From a virus (lineage: Duplodnaviria; Heunggongvirae; Uroviricota; Caudoviricetes), in IMG/VR virus record IMGVR_UViG_3300032293_000813, positions 23,000 to 86,999 of that record: DNA of 64,000 nt; one strand, written 5' to 3'. Below, in pieces: positions 50,501 through 60,910 of the stretch (position 1 is its first letter; each line of letters opens with the position of its first letter). Made by a program: the position numbers and the translations under genes. Below the pieces are notes generated by a model, which was given only the letters and a program-made list of their open reading frames with translations, ran no database searches and was not told where the DNA came from.

Positions 50501-52388
50501 TTTCAAACCCATCAAATCCATTTCTAATAGCTTTTATCTTATCATTATAAGATGCACTTGTTAATAATGAAATTGAAGATGTTGATAAAACCGATGATGA
50601 GTATAATGTACTGGTTATTTTAGTTTCCCAGTTTTCTATCGTTTCTATTTTATATTGAAAATTCTCTATTCTAGTTTTAGCGCTTGAGAAATTAACAAAG
50701 TTATCAAACACCACAAAATACGAAGATGTAACATCACTGCCACTTGTGTAATCTATATTAAGGTCTTCTAAGCTAAATTGTGATTTTGATAAATACTGAT
50801 TTACTATATCAGTAGATGTTACAGAACCACTTGATACGATTTGATTAAAGAATTCATATCCGGTTTCATCTACTACATCTACTGTAAAATTTGGTGTTAA
50901 TGCAATACATTCGTTAGTATCGGTATCATTTATTATGATAGTTTCTACAATAGAAGGTATGATTTGTTTACTTATCCATACCAATTGATTCTCAACTACA
51001 TTTTCATCAAGTGGTTCTAATAGCTTAACTACTAAAGAGTTGTATGTACTTTGGTTTCTTACTTTTTTTGTACTACCATTTTCAGGGTCTTCCTCAAATC
51101 TAGATGGAACTATTTTACCATTTTCCAAAGAAAATGTAACATCATCTACAGCAGTATTTGTTATTACAAAAGAAGAATCATTATCAGTTTTTACTTGATA
51201 GTATAAATGTTTATCATCTTCGAAAATAATCTTATCTTCGAAATTTGCCTTAGTATCATTTCCAGAAAATAATTGTGAGAAAACTCCAGTGAATATATCT
51301 AATACTTCTCCACTTGATATTAAGTATTTAGCTCTATCAACAAATATTGTAAAACTTTCTTTCTTACCAACTATCTTTCCCCCTATACCATTGAAATACG
51401 GTTGGAGTCCAAATGTAATTTCATAATTACTATCACTTTCATTGAAGAAAGTTTTATAAGAATTATATAAACTTTTAGCAGGTAATTTAATCTTAGCTTC
51501 TCCATTTACTATAGGAGTATTAAAAACTAAATTATCCCCTAAGAATACATCTACTCCTTCTGAGTTTACAGTATCTATTTCAAAGTTAAAATCAAAATCT
51601 AATGGTCGTAAATCCGCTTCTGTGATATTTCTATCAAATATAATATTCGTTACATCTGGTTGGCCATATGTTTTTTCTCTTATTACATTTATACGGGTTC
51701 TCTGCTCATCACCATCTTTCAGTATCTCATTACCTGCGATAATTATTAATTCATATATTCCAACCGCATTTGGGTTAGAAAGTATAATATTAACACTACC
51801 CTCCGTTACAGGAGCAATTTTAGCTCCGTTTGAATCAGCTCCAGGTTGATTCGGAAAATAATATTTTACATATGATGCGTTTTTAGTTGCAACATTTATA
51901 GTAAATTCATTTTCAATTTCAGTATTAAACTTATAAGCACTATCTAATACAGTTATAAATCTAGCTAAATTTTCAGTTGTTAATATCTTCTGACTTGTAA
52001 TTTCTATAGTCTGAGGTCGTTGGATATTTTCTAAATCAAATAAGTTGGCATTAGTATCCTTTAATAAAGTTCCATTTTCAGATTTAACCTTAATGTTAGT
52101 TATATTAAATAATAAAGGATTACTTCTTCCAATTGAAACTTTTGTATTCTTTAGTACCTCTAAATTTGCACTTTGATATAATATAGCAGATGAATCTACA
52201 TTATTAACATTTTTATAATATACGATTGCAGTTCCGTCTGATAACGAATTACTTATAGTAATAGTAACTACTTCATTTATGGCTTGGATAGGAGCATCCA
52301 TAGGGATATTACCATCGAATCCAACATCAAGTGTTAAATCTGCTCTATAATCATTAAAAGCTACTTTTATTTCCCTTGTCTCTGCCAT
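47511..52388 (-). CDS. Large baseplate wedge-like protein with an internal LamG-like domain
   Basis: LPYLLKHKGTKKAINAIMACYG (P2 gpI/T4 gp7-like) and GSIDEVRIW (LamG); lies in the baseplate cluster. Confidence 0.6.
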   Translation of the reverse strand: MAETREIKVAFNDYRADLTLDVGFDGNIPMDAPIQAINEVVTITISNSLSDGTAIVYYKNVNNVDSSAILYQSANLEVLKNTKVSIGRSNPLLFNITNIKVKSENGTLLKDTNANLFDLENIQRPQTIEITSQKILTTENLARFITVLDSAYKFNTEIENEFTINVATKNASYVKYYFPNQPGADSNGAKIAPVTEGSVNIILSNPNAVGIYELIIIAGNEILKDGDEQRTRINVIREKTYGQPDVTNIIFDRNITEADLRPLDFDFNFEIDTVNSEGVDVFLGDNLVFNTPIVNGEAKIKLPAKSLYNSYKTFFNESDSNYEITFGLQPYFNGIGGKIVGKKESFTIFVDRAKYLISSGEVLDIFTGVFSQLFSGNDTKANFEDKIIFEDDKHLYYQVKTDNDSSFVITNTAVDDVTFSLENGKIVPSRFEEDPENGSTKKVRNQSTYNSLVVKLLEPLDENVVENQLVWISKQIIPSIVETIIINDTDTNECIALTPNFTVDVVDETGYEFFNQIVSSGSVTSTDIVNQYLSKSQFSLEDLNIDYTSGSDVTSSYFVVFDNFVNFSSAKTRIENFQYKIETIENWETKITSTLYSSSVLSTSSISLLTSASYNDKIKAIRNGFDGFEKKMYFDYGISSSNAQFFEIQTDYGDVYDRNNKNYLVKHLPQYIQEDTSSNEFLIFMEMIGQHFDVIWSYINGINRIRKISNKSTDGISDKLVYTLLESFGWDPKQPFSGHQLWKQAFGLNEDGSTNSNSNVLGNDVGSSFTPEQARNQVWRRILNNLPYLLKHKGTKKAINAIMACYGVPSSLLTIVEFGGPANSGSQSTKYTYEDRTAALNISRDEYLTVDWKEGTSFNDPDAIELRFKTSVLPYLFPPSTTLYHTQSLVNIGGNGSGIWNVKLVPSGSTIYGDIVFQMSASSNVYISPGVVTSGSELVSMSIQNVPIFDNSYKHFTIQREVVSRDEYIGNTLTRSLDYEQYTMYYKQANGDRINISESDELNLLVTSNSGSLVSNAKYYTAISWLSGSTINFGGQNAGGISGSIDEVRIWGGALSESVITSHTLNPDTIFGNDVYSSTSDLFFRSDFEYPKNRQTGSGDKFIKNVAPFVTYTSSLDTNNKQIVVSGYSGYITASIFTTASSYPYHYDVYERFVTAEVPSIGFVGKDKVRTEDITLTGQLSYKQRATKKAYDRAPIDSNRLGLFFSPVKEINLDILRSLGPINIGDYIGDWDEEYGTDTYRDLDQLRNYYFERTQLNFDEYIKLIKSIDKSLFDMLTQVIPVRANVSKGLLIEPSLLERSKIKITKPVAENILHTASINTMETTLIEMSVPSYTGSLNMNEGIRFEATIPYYSGSYDIIENLNITTEYPTFGGNYSVIGNITSSASILSNLPNAGGIVIEIDCGLKNPTILGEVDLEDSYQQIGNDADSPFNKGFGLVGFNGAVDRTYYDDNGNLVLTQRYNSYIITVKYTRSIPRRVPANGLSSSLFNTTKLSATDKVVLEKVERYEKKLILIDPIDYSLVTPAFRSPLQHSFYIDILAGVGTYPYKNGVITAIQPFVGLTSGHYSNTKDTCRGLENSFYEGSKQTSRTTLDGTSAVETFTTNPNRLRVGAAGRGSGEPILEVD

Positions 52389-52393
52389 TAGTT

Positions 52394-52402
52394 AATAAAT
52401 AT
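52394..52402 (-). promoter_or_regulatory. Putative late promoter
   Basis: ATATTTATT, 5 nt upstream of ATG 52388. Confidence 0.55.
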
Positions 52403-52404
52403 TT

Positions 52405-53064
52405 TTATTGTAGGTTTTCTCTCTGAGTTACATCAGCTAATCCAAAACCTGCTCCTCTGAAGTCATTTGGATTAATTTCTCTCATTCCGCCACCTCCACC
52501 GAATCCTCCGGCAGTACCTCCACCAGAGCCTCCTCCGCTGCCATCGAACTCCCCACCACGAGTATCAACCGTTCCACCACCACCAACTCCACTGTAAATC
52601 GGTGTTCCAATTGGAGATACCGGTGATGTTGATAAATCTTCTTTGGTGCTGTATTCTATAACAGAAACTTCATTTTGAAAGTCTTTCCTACTTTGTATTA
52701 AGAAATATTTATCTGCTTTTAAATCTCCACTAACTATAGTTAACGCAGATGGATTCAATAACCTCTGTTCATTTATAGTAAAAGTTATTTTACCTTTATT
52801 AACAGTCTGGTCTTCAACTTCAATTCCATCTAAAAATGCTTTTGCTAATACACCATTTCTACTTAAACTTGCGTATGTGTTAATAGTAAAAACTACAACT
52901 CTAGGTTGTATATATGGGCTAGTATATGGGTCAATAGAATATGGAGGAACATAAGTGTTACCACCACCACCTCCTCCTCCTTGCGCAAAAGAAGTTGTAT
53001 CAAACGAATTTGCACCGGTGGAGGTAAAATCGTTAGCTAATTCTTCTATAGTTCTTTGTGCCAT
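52405..53064 (-). CDS. Hypothetical protein with Gly-rich termini (probably virion)
   Basis: 219 aa with GGGGGGG and GGSGGGTAGGFGGGGG tracts. Confidence 0.55.
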   Translation of the reverse strand: MAQRTIEELANDFTSTGANSFDTTSFAQGGGGGGGNTYVPPYSIDPYTSPYIQPRVVVFTINTYASLSRNGVLAKAFLDGIEVEDQTVNKGKITFTINEQRLLNPSALTIVSGDLKADKYFLIQSRKDFQNEVSVIEYSTKEDLSTSPVSPIGTPIYSGVGGGGTVDTRGGEFDGSGGGSGGGTAGGFGGGGGMREINPNDFRGAGFGLADVTQRENLQ

Positions 53065-53072
53065 TTTATAAA

Positions 53073-54449
53073 TTATTTAATTCTATTTTTTCTAAGTATT
53101 CCAGATATTGATGAAGGAACTCCGCCTCTTTCAGTACCTAAATCACTTGCTATACCACCTAATGGAGATGCGCCTCCCGTTAATCCTTCCGCCTTTTTAG
53201 CTCCAAAAAACTTAGATATTTTATTTTGATTTAAATCTCTACCTAAGAATCCTGTTCTCTTTTTTCCTTTCAATCTTCCAAAGAATCCACCTCTTTCATT
53301 TACAACATCGGATACATCTGTTGCAGGTGTATCCATAACAGGTGTTTGAATTATTATAGGTTCTTCAACTCCAGGAACAATAACTTCTTTTTTAATTATA
53401 GCAGTAACCGCATCTTTAACCTCTCCATATGTTGGGATTGATACAGATACCCTTTCTACTTTAACATTTTCCGAAACTTTATCTGATTCTAATTTTTGAA
53501 TTAAATTAGTAAGATTATCTATACTCTGCTGTGTTGTTGCATCTATTACAACCTCTTCTAATAAAGTTCTGGTAGGAAGATGGAACTCACATGATTCTCT
53601 AAACTTTTTTCCTAATAGATTGATAATATCATTTTTATTATAATAAGTAAAATCTATCTCATCACCAAGCGGTTGTCCAAATTCACTTCCTCCTATTACT
53701 GCATTTTTATGTAGCAAAGTATGTCTAACCGATTCTTTCATAGATTCTAAAATCTTTGTAAAAAATTGGTCATAGTTTTGGATACCAAATTCATATTGTA
53801 TTCTATCTATATAATCCTTAGATTTAGATTTTGAAAAAGATGTTTGTAAATCTGCTACGGTCAATCTATTTATTATTTCATCTATCTCCGAATAAACTTC
53901 ATCTCCACTAAACTTACCATTTACGAAACTACTATAAGCTTGATTTAAATCAATCATTATATCAACTTCATATGGATTACTTTCATTGAAGTTATTATAT
54001 GGCAATAATCTTAGCTCACTTCTAGATGGAGAAATCTGATGTATCCACAATCTATCCATTTCTATGTTACTACCTACTCTGTTATTTACAAAGTTAAATT
54101 GTACTCTAAATATTCCTGTATTATATCCAGCTTCTTTAACTAATCGCTTTACATCTATTAAAAACCCACCTCCATCATATACCTTATCTAAAATATTTTC
54201 ACTTCTTATTATATAATCTTGAATTTCGGAAGATGGTATGTATCTAACATTCCCATAATCTTTTTGTTCCAAGACATTATTACTAGAATCATATAATAAA
54301 AATTCCAATACATCATTATTACCTATATCAAATGGAGTTGGTATAAATCCCTTATCTATCAACTTAAGTTCGATTGAACTAAGCTCCGTAGTTAAGGAAG
54401 TTCCCTTCTTTAATACATCATCAATATTTTTAAATTTACTTAATGCCAT
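53073..54449 (-). CDS. Hypothetical protein (baseplate cluster)
   Basis: 458-aa ORF in a co-oriented structural operon. Confidence 0.55.
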   Translation of the reverse strand: MALSKFKNIDDVLKKGTSLTTELSSIELKLIDKGFIPTPFDIGNNDVLEFLLYDSSNNVLEQKDYGNVRYIPSSEIQDYIIRSENILDKVYDGGGFLIDVKRLVKEAGYNTGIFRVQFNFVNNRVGSNIEMDRLWIHQISPSRSELRLLPYNNFNESNPYEVDIMIDLNQAYSSFVNGKFSGDEVYSEIDEIINRLTVADLQTSFSKSKSKDYIDRIQYEFGIQNYDQFFTKILESMKESVRHTLLHKNAVIGGSEFGQPLGDEIDFTYYNKNDIINLLGKKFRESCEFHLPTRTLLEEVVIDATTQQSIDNLTNLIQKLESDKVSENVKVERVSVSIPTYGEVKDAVTAIIKKEVIVPGVEEPIIIQTPVMDTPATDVSDVVNERGGFFGRLKGKKRTGFLGRDLNQNKISKFFGAKKAEGLTGGASPLGGIASDLGTERGGVPSSISGILRKNRIK

Positions 54450-54451
54450 AA

Positions 54452-55462
54452 TTAACCTCTGGTTTTATTCATATTAGCTGAAAAAGAAACTTCTCCGTTT
54501 TTTGTCTTAAAAACAAGTGTACCAGTGTATTCTTTAGCCGAACCTCCGCCGAAGAATAAAAACTTTCTAGGAGTTGGCTCCAATCCATTGATTTTATTTA
54601 TATCCAATTGAAGTGTTACCTCAACCTTTTCCTGTGGTTTAAGATTTACAATAGATGGTCCACTTATCCAAGCTTCAGTATTCTTCATGCTAATAGTAAC
54701 GGTTTGGTCTTCTAACGTAGTATTAAATAATTCAACCGTAGGCCCATTTATCCATTTACCTGCTTCGTTACCAACATTATTTTTGAGTTCTATATCTTTT
54801 TTAAGAGGGTCGGATTTCTCTACTACTCTAGCAGTTATGTCTGCACCTGCTTTCGCCCCCTCCGCTAATCTTGCATTTTTACCATTCAATTGTTGGGTTA
54901 AACTATCTACTTGCTTTGAAAGAGATTGAACAGTCGCTCCCTGACCTTCATTTCTAGCTTGTAATGCAGTTCTATCTATACCCTCTAAAACAGAACGTTG
55001 TAGTGATGTTTGCAATGTATCATTTACTAATGCAAATTGTTTTCTAAGTTGTTCCGAATTCGATTCTGCGGTTACTCTAAGTAATCTCTCATTATCCAAT
55101 TGAACATCCAACGATGCTGATATGGATGTTAGCTCTGATACCTGTGATTGTAGGTCTCCTATTTCAATCGATTGTGATGCTATTGTTCCGTTGGCAAACT
55201 CTAATGAACGAGTTACCTCATTATAGATTGGCCTAGGAACTAAATCTAATTCAGTTTCCTGTGCCGCGGGTATCAATTCGAAAACAGTTACATCAATTGC
55301 TTTTTTTAATTCATCGGTATTATATACTCTTTTTTTAGATGGAGCATATACAAACCCACCTTTAGCATCATTTATAGATGTTTCAAAGTATGGCGATTTT
55401 TTGTCTCTAGCAGCAAAAGAACCACTATCCTGTAAAGATTTTTTAATTAATTCAAATTCCAT
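54452..55462 (-). CDS. Hypothetical coiled-coil protein (baseplate cluster)
   Basis: Central heptad-rich region followed by a beta-rich C-terminus. Confidence 0.55.
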   Translation of the reverse strand: MEFELIKKSLQDSGSFAARDKKSPYFETSINDAKGGFVYAPSKKRVYNTDELKKAIDVTVFELIPAAQETELDLVPRPIYNEVTRSLEFANGTIASQSIEIGDLQSQVSELTSISASLDVQLDNERLLRVTAESNSEQLRKQFALVNDTLQTSLQRSVLEGIDRTALQARNEGQGATVQSLSKQVDSLTQQLNGKNARLAEGAKAGADITARVVEKSDPLKKDIELKNNVGNEAGKWINGPTVELFNTTLEDQTVTISMKNTEAWISGPSIVNLKPQEKVEVTLQLDINKINGLEPTPRKFLFFGGGSAKEYTGTLVFKTKNGEVSFSANMNKTRG

Positions 55463-56427
55463 TACTTAATTATAAAAGTTAAATCATCTTCAATAAATTC
55501 ACTTATACCATCCCTAACTATCTTAAACAATAATCTATAAACTCTATTCTTAGCGAAATTAGAAGTATCTAAATTAATGTAATTACCATTCGCATCACAA
55601 CTGATTTTTGTGTAATCTGAAAAATCTATTATATTAACTTTTGTTATCTCATCTCTAATTCCATAATATGAGGTTTGAGGTAGATATTTAATATCATCAT
55701 ATGAAAAAGCGTTTGTAAAAGTTTTAGTTGGATACAAACTTCTTCCTATTATTTTTATCTTAACTTTATTACCCTCAGTATAATTATCCCTTAATTCTTT
55801 ACTTCTAACTATAATTTGTGAATCAGTTAATGCAGTAAGTGAACCGGTTATAAATTGAGAATCATCCCATCCTAATTTAAGAAGGGGCTGGAATATAGTA
55901 TTAGTTTCTTTTGAATAATATTTAAGAACACCATAATCCAATGAAGAACTTTCAGCAGATGATGTGTGTGATAAACGTATTCCATAATTAGCCGAACCTG
56001 TCCAATAATCATATATTGGTTTAATATTCATATTTAAATCAGAATCAAAATATGTAAATGATTGAACCGATTCTATTGTGTAATCTACTCCAGTTTGATT
56101 AGTCCAATTTATACCATCTGTATTAATATTTTCGGGCCAAGTACCTCTCCCCATATCCCAGCTTTCAGTTACCGGATATCCATATACCGAATAACTTACT
56201 GCCAACTCTTCAGGCTGAGTAAGTTTTAAATGTAATGTAGCTGATGATGCTGTTACATATGATGGAACATTTTCTATATCAAAATTAATAAATGTTCTAG
56301 CGTTATCTCTTTCCGCAAAGCGTGAGTAATGTTTGGATATAGTTAATATCTCATCCAAACCTGTGTTTTTATTCACATATAAACTATAAACAGATGCATC
56401 TTTTGATGCCGTTACAAAATATATCAT
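55462..56427 (-). CDS. Putative virion structural protein (DNRLRE-like N-terminal domain)
   Basis: ASKDASVYS...NTGLDEILTI...RTFINFD pattern; coupled to the gp6-like gene. Confidence 0.5.
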   Translation of the reverse strand: MIYFVTASKDASVYSLYVNKNTGLDEILTISKHYSRFAERDNARTFINFDIENVPSYVTASSATLHLKLTQPEELAVSYSVYGYPVTESWDMGRGTWPENINTDGINWTNQTGVDYTIESVQSFTYFDSDLNMNIKPIYDYWTGSANYGIRLSHTSSAESSSLDYGVLKYYSKETNTIFQPLLKLGWDDSQFITGSLTALTDSQIIVRSKELRDNYTEGNKVKIKIIGRSLYPTKTFTNAFSYDDIKYLPQTSYYGIRDEITKVNIIDFSDYTKISCDANGNYINLDTSNFAKNRVYRLLFKIVRDGISEFIEDDLTFIIK

Positions 56428-58463
56428 TATATCGCTTTACCTTTAATGTCTTTATCAGGAAACTTAACTTCAAAGACAGACGGGTCTAACGATGGATAGA
56501 TAATCTTATTCTTTGTTGCTGCTTTTATATCGTAACTATTTCTAGCATATATTCCACCACATCTATTAACTATCTCTACACTTTGAACAGATGCAACACC
56601 TTCTACCATAGCAAGTGTTAATTCTATATCAGAAAGATTAATTGGTTGGTTGAACTGCCAGTTGTTTACATCAAAGAACGATTTTAACTCATTAATACAA
56701 GTCAAAACAATCTCTCTTTGATTAAAGTTTTTATATGTAGTTATCTCAAAATTAACACCGATATTAATAATAAATCCATCTATTATATTAATACCATCAG
56801 TTAACATCCTATATTCATTTATATACGTCTTTAAATTTTCTTTAACCGCTCTATTAAGATTAGTTAGGTTTCCATTAGAATCATATCCCAATGTATATAA
56901 GTTAATTGCAAACGGATTTACCAATTCAGTATTCTGAGTTGTTTTCTGAACAAAACTTCTTACTATATCTTTAATTTCAGTAGTCGATGGTAGATTACCT
57001 CCCTGAGAAATTGCATATGTTGAAATAGTTTTAACTATGTTAGTAAACTCATCCAAATTATCAGTTGAATTTAAAATACTTTCAGGTGAATTAGAATTTA
57101 ATGAATTATCACCTATAGCAAATACTTTAGCAATAGAACCAAACTTAGAAGGCATTGCTAATGCTCTAACTTGATAATCTTTTGCGGTTACTGCTCTATT
57201 TTGAGATGCAAAGTTAGCCAATGCACTTTCTCTAATTTCTTCGATAGTATCAACCCCTCTTCCACCTTTTGCAGGTATCTCGTTTTCTACAGCTACTGAA
57301 TTCTTAACAAATGTTAATATCGTTTCATCTAAATCAGAAGTAGTAACCGAAGTATCATCGAATACAATTTTAGATATAGTCGTTAAATCTCCCTGAGAAA
57401 CGTTTGAACTAATTCCTCCTCCTACTAAGTAATTGACAGTTATAGTTGTATTAGCCGGAGCCTGGCCATATGTTTTTGTTTTAAGAAAATTAGTTGGGTC
57501 ATATGATTCCCCAATTCTGTCTATAGAACTATTTAATCCAAGACCTACATTTTTTATATTAGGTATAATTAATTCATCGGATAAAGAACTATCTCCTCCA
57601 CCAAAATTAATTGATGTGGTAAAATCATCGTTTACTTTAGTTGTGAATCTTCTACTTGTTTTTAATAATTTAAGTAAATATGGAACGGTATCTCTAAATT
57701 GATATAAATCGGGGTCGTTTTGTTCTACGTTAGGATAATCAATATATATGGTTTCCTGTGCCAAATATGGAACTTCATACCATTTATTACCATCTTCATC
57801 TGTAACAGATTCAATTGAAATTACATTTGTGTCTTCTAACATAATAGAAGAGAATGCTTCAGCTGAACTGAATATTTTGGTAGCATTAGCTTCTGTTGCA
57901 GATATCGCCTGTATTTGTTTCTTTATTAAAAAATAATCTGGAGTATTTGTTAGTTCATTTATGCTATATACACTTATCTCTCTGTTAGTAGGGTCGTTAA
58001 AATCTAAGTTTTCAACGGTTCTAAATGTTACATCTCCGTTTGAAGTTGATTTAACCGTCAAACCTGAATTTATTTTAAGTAAATACCTCGTATCAACTTG
58101 TCCTCCTGTATCCGATTTACATAACTGATAAACGGATATAGTAGTTACTGCTGGAGCCGTTGATTTAGGTTTATATCCCAATAAGTTAGCTAATGCAAAT
58201 ACATTTTTTTCCTCCCCCGCATATTGTATCAAACTTTCCTTTAATGAGGAATCCGTATAGTATCCCAATACATCTCCTATATACGATGCCATTTCTATGA
58301 ACATCATACCAGGAGAGGTTTCATTAAAATCATTATAGGTGTTAGGAAAATAAGTTTTAGAATATTCAATTAGATTATTTCTAAATGCTTCGAAATCTTT
58401 ACCCAAATAGGATATATCCCTACTATTTTTACCTATATTCTTATTTGTTACTTTGAATGCCAT
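56427..58463 (-). CDS. Baseplate wedge protein (T4 gp6 / baseplate J-like)
   Basis: DFEAFRNNLIEYSKTYFPNTYNDFNETSPGMMFIEMASYIGDVLGYY and QNRAVTAKDY. Confidence 0.85.
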   Translation of the reverse strand: MAFKVTNKNIGKNSRDISYLGKDFEAFRNNLIEYSKTYFPNTYNDFNETSPGMMFIEMASYIGDVLGYYTDSSLKESLIQYAGEEKNVFALANLLGYKPKSTAPAVTTISVYQLCKSDTGGQVDTRYLLKINSGLTVKSTSNGDVTFRTVENLDFNDPTNREISVYSINELTNTPDYFLIKKQIQAISATEANATKIFSSAEAFSSIMLEDTNVISIESVTDEDGNKWYEVPYLAQETIYIDYPNVEQNDPDLYQFRDTVPYLLKLLKTSRRFTTKVNDDFTTSINFGGGDSSLSDELIIPNIKNVGLGLNSSIDRIGESYDPTNFLKTKTYGQAPANTTITVNYLVGGGISSNVSQGDLTTISKIVFDDTSVTTSDLDETILTFVKNSVAVENEIPAKGGRGVDTIEEIRESALANFASQNRAVTAKDYQVRALAMPSKFGSIAKVFAIGDNSLNSNSPESILNSTDNLDEFTNIVKTISTYAISQGGNLPSTTEIKDIVRSFVQKTTQNTELVNPFAINLYTLGYDSNGNLTNLNRAVKENLKTYINEYRMLTDGINIIDGFIINIGVNFEITTYKNFNQREIVLTCINELKSFFDVNNWQFNQPINLSDIELTLAMVEGVASVQSVEIVNRCGGIYARNSYDIKAATKNKIIYPSLDPSVFEVKFPDKDIKGKAI

Positions 58464-58894
58464 TATTGGATTACATTAAATGTTACTGTCTCTAAATTTT
58501 GTTGACCTGAAACTCTAAATTTAAGTGTAACTGTAAAGAAATATGTATCTCTACTTGTGTTTGATTGGTCTACCTCTATATCTTCAATAGATACATACGG
58601 CATCCATTTTTCAACAGCATCTTCTATAGATGATTCAATTTCGGTTTCCAAATCATCTGTATTTGATGAAAAAAGTGCATCATATAGGGTTGTACCGAAA
58701 TCCGGTTGCATAATCCTCTCACCTTTTCTTGTTAGAATGAGATTCTTAATATTAGATTTAACCTGCTCCGAAGTTTGGTAAGATTGGGCAAAGAATCCAC
58801 CATTCCCTCTTTGGATTGGGAGAGTGATTCCTATTGCCACCCTATCCTTTTCAGGTAGGTCTTTTACTAACTTAGGGCCGGTTATGATTGCCAT
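58463..58894 (-). CDS. Baseplate gp25-like protein (GPW/gp25)
   Basis: NIKNLILTRKGERIMQPDFGT...WMPYVSIEDI. Confidence 0.9.
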   Translation of the reverse strand: MAIITGPKLVKDLPEKDRVAIGITLPIQRGNGGFFAQSYQTSEQVKSNIKNLILTRKGERIMQPDFGTTLYDALFSSNTDDLETEIESSIEDAVEKWMPYVSIEDIEVDQSNTSRDTYFFTVTLKFRVSGQQNLETVTFNVIQ

Positions 58895-59364
58895 TATCTA
58901 TTTTTGTCTTTACTTGCTGCCAAAACCTTAGCACTTCGTGCGATTGCTTTATCTAATATATCGTTTCCTGTACTGATTGGAGCAGATGGATTAGCATATT
59001 GTGTTTGCATACCCATTTGTGGATTACCATATCCAATCATATCCGGTGTCATAGTACCATACTCACCATCTGTTCTTGAGAAATTAGGTCTAATAGAGGT
59101 TTCGTTTAAAACCTGGTTTAACAAAGGATTACTAGAGTATTGTTTATCTTCTCTATCTCTGCTTAAAATTTTGTTAGCTAAATCGAACGGGTCAGCACTT
59201 TCCTCTACTAATGATTTAAGAGAAGATTGTTGTTTAACCGGTTGTGATTTTTTAACCTCCGCTAACACCTCTTTTCTTATTTCTTCTTTAATAAGAGAAA
59301 TTTCTTTTTTTACTTCCTCCTGAACGATTATTTGAATTGCTTTAAATAGTTTGTTCGTGTCCAT
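58894..59364 (-). CDS. Hypothetical protein
   Basis: 156 aa, preceded by the late-promoter motif at 59382-59390. Confidence 0.6.
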   Translation of the reverse strand: MDTNKLFKAIQIIVQEEVKKEISLIKEEIRKEVLAEVKKSQPVKQQSSLKSLVEESADPFDLANKILSRDREDKQYSSNPLLNQVLNETSIRPNFSRTDGEYGTMTPDMIGYGNPQMGMQTQYANPSAPISTGNDILDKAIARSAKVLAASKDKNR

Positions 59365-59381
59365 ACATTGTTTGTTGTTTA

Positions 59382-59390
59382 TATAAATAT
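59382..59390 (-). promoter_or_regulatory. Putative late promoter
   Basis: ATATTTATA upstream of ATG 59364. Confidence 0.55.
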
Positions 59391-59417
59391 TTAGTTTTAT
59401 TATTTGGTAAAATTAAT

Positions 59418-60899
59418 CTAACCAACTATAGTTTTAGTTGGCGTAGAAAGGGGTGTAGAGACTTTTGCCACCGGATTTACACCATCGTTTAAACCTAATT
59501 TATCCCAATTTTCTATAAAGTAATTGAAATAACCATCTTTTACAGCTTTAATGTTAGCCACATTAAATCCAGTTCTATCTCTAGCTGCTATATAATAAGC
59601 TTGAGGTTGTGCGTTTGCTGATACTTTATTTTGTCTTTCTACTCTTTCTTTATAAAACTCGGTGGCTACTTTAACAGATACATCTAAACTATTAACTAAC
59701 AATTTTGGATTATTTAAAATATCTACTCCCGCTAATTTACCATAATGTTCATATGCTTCTCTACCCGTAAGTTGAATCAATCCTCTTCCTATAAATTTAC
59801 CACCATCATCTGGTTGAGTATTACCCACTAGTTTACCATTTCTCTGTGGGGCATATATATAGTTTGCCAAACCTTTTGGTCCAGGAGTACCTCCTGGTAT
59901 AAAATTATATGCTTCTGGTTTTGGAATAGCAATTTTCTTACCTGGTTTGGTAGTTGTATCCCATCCTTGTCTAAATATACTAAATACTTCAGCTAATCTT
60001 TCTACTTTAGTATAGTGGAATCCCTCTTCTCTCATAGACCATAAGTTTTCTCCACCTGATATTGCTAATAAAGATGCAATTCTCGCTCTTCCTGTCCATC
60101 CATATTTTACACATATCTCTGCAATTTGTCTAATTCTATCTATATTAGCCTCAACAGCTCCTTTTGATGTTCCATCTCCATAGTTTACCTTATCGATGCT
60201 ACCACCTCCGTCAGCATCACCGGTGGCTCCAGATTGATACGCATTTACTAATTCATCGATAGTTTTAAAACCTCCTAATTCGTTTAATATGTTTGCTACT
60301 TCAATTTCATTGGCTGCAATTACTTTACTCGCATCTATTGTGTATCCAACCCACGGGACTATTCCAGGTCCAGAAGTGGCGGTTGGAAGAAATCCATACA
60401 TAGAATTTACATTATATTCACCACTAATGGTTTTAAAATGCATTTCTGCTGCTTGAATAAAATTTTCTATAAAAGGTCCTACTGTACTCTCAGGCTTAAT
60501 TAATTCAGTAGGAAATGGTACTGTTTGTCCAGGATTTGAACAAACTACAGTTAAGGTTGATAGATTCGCAGATGCACCCGGAGCTAAAGGAAATAGACAC
60601 GGTCTAACTACTTGTAAAGTAGAACCTGCCCAATAAGCCTGTAATCCTGCGGTGAATAGTTCAAATAAATTTAACTGTTTGGGACTTACTGCCTGTAAAT
60701 TGAATACATTTTTTATTACATTTTCTAATGCTGCTACATTTCCGTTCATTACAGCGTTGCCAACCGCCAAATCGCCTGCAGGTGGAGTTTTTACCGCCAT
60801 ATCATATGCACTAGCTAATACTTTAGCTAAGTCATCCGAATCTTTCGGCATTAACTCCATCGTCATTTTAACTTGCTGTCTAAATGTATCCCATGACAT
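59418..60899 (-). CDS. Structural N-terminal domain fused to a GH19 lysozyme/chitinase domain
   Basis: GNTQPDDGGKFIGRGLIQLTGREAYEHYG...NPKLL; candidate catalytic Glu residues in GGEN and REE. Confidence 0.8.
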   Translation of the reverse strand: MSWDTFRQQVKMTMELMPKDSDDLAKVLASAYDMAVKTPPAGDLAVGNAVMNGNVAALENVIKNVFNLQAVSPKQLNLFELFTAGLQAYWAGSTLQVVRPCLFPLAPGASANLSTLTVVCSNPGQTVPFPTELIKPESTVGPFIENFIQAAEMHFKTISGEYNVNSMYGFLPTATSGPGIVPWVGYTIDASKVIAANEIEVANILNELGGFKTIDELVNAYQSGATGDADGGGSIDKVNYGDGTSKGAVEANIDRIRQIAEICVKYGWTGRARIASLLAISGGENLWSMREEGFHYTKVERLAEVFSIFRQGWDTTTKPGKKIAIPKPEAYNFIPGGTPGPKGLANYIYAPQRNGKLVGNTQPDDGGKFIGRGLIQLTGREAYEHYGKLAGVDILNNPKLLVNSLDVSVKVATEFYKERVERQNKVSANAQPQAYYIAARDRTGFNVANIKAVKDGYFNYFIENWDKLGLNDGVNPVAKVSTPLSTPTKTIVG

Positions 60900-60910
60900 A
60901 TTAGTAAATA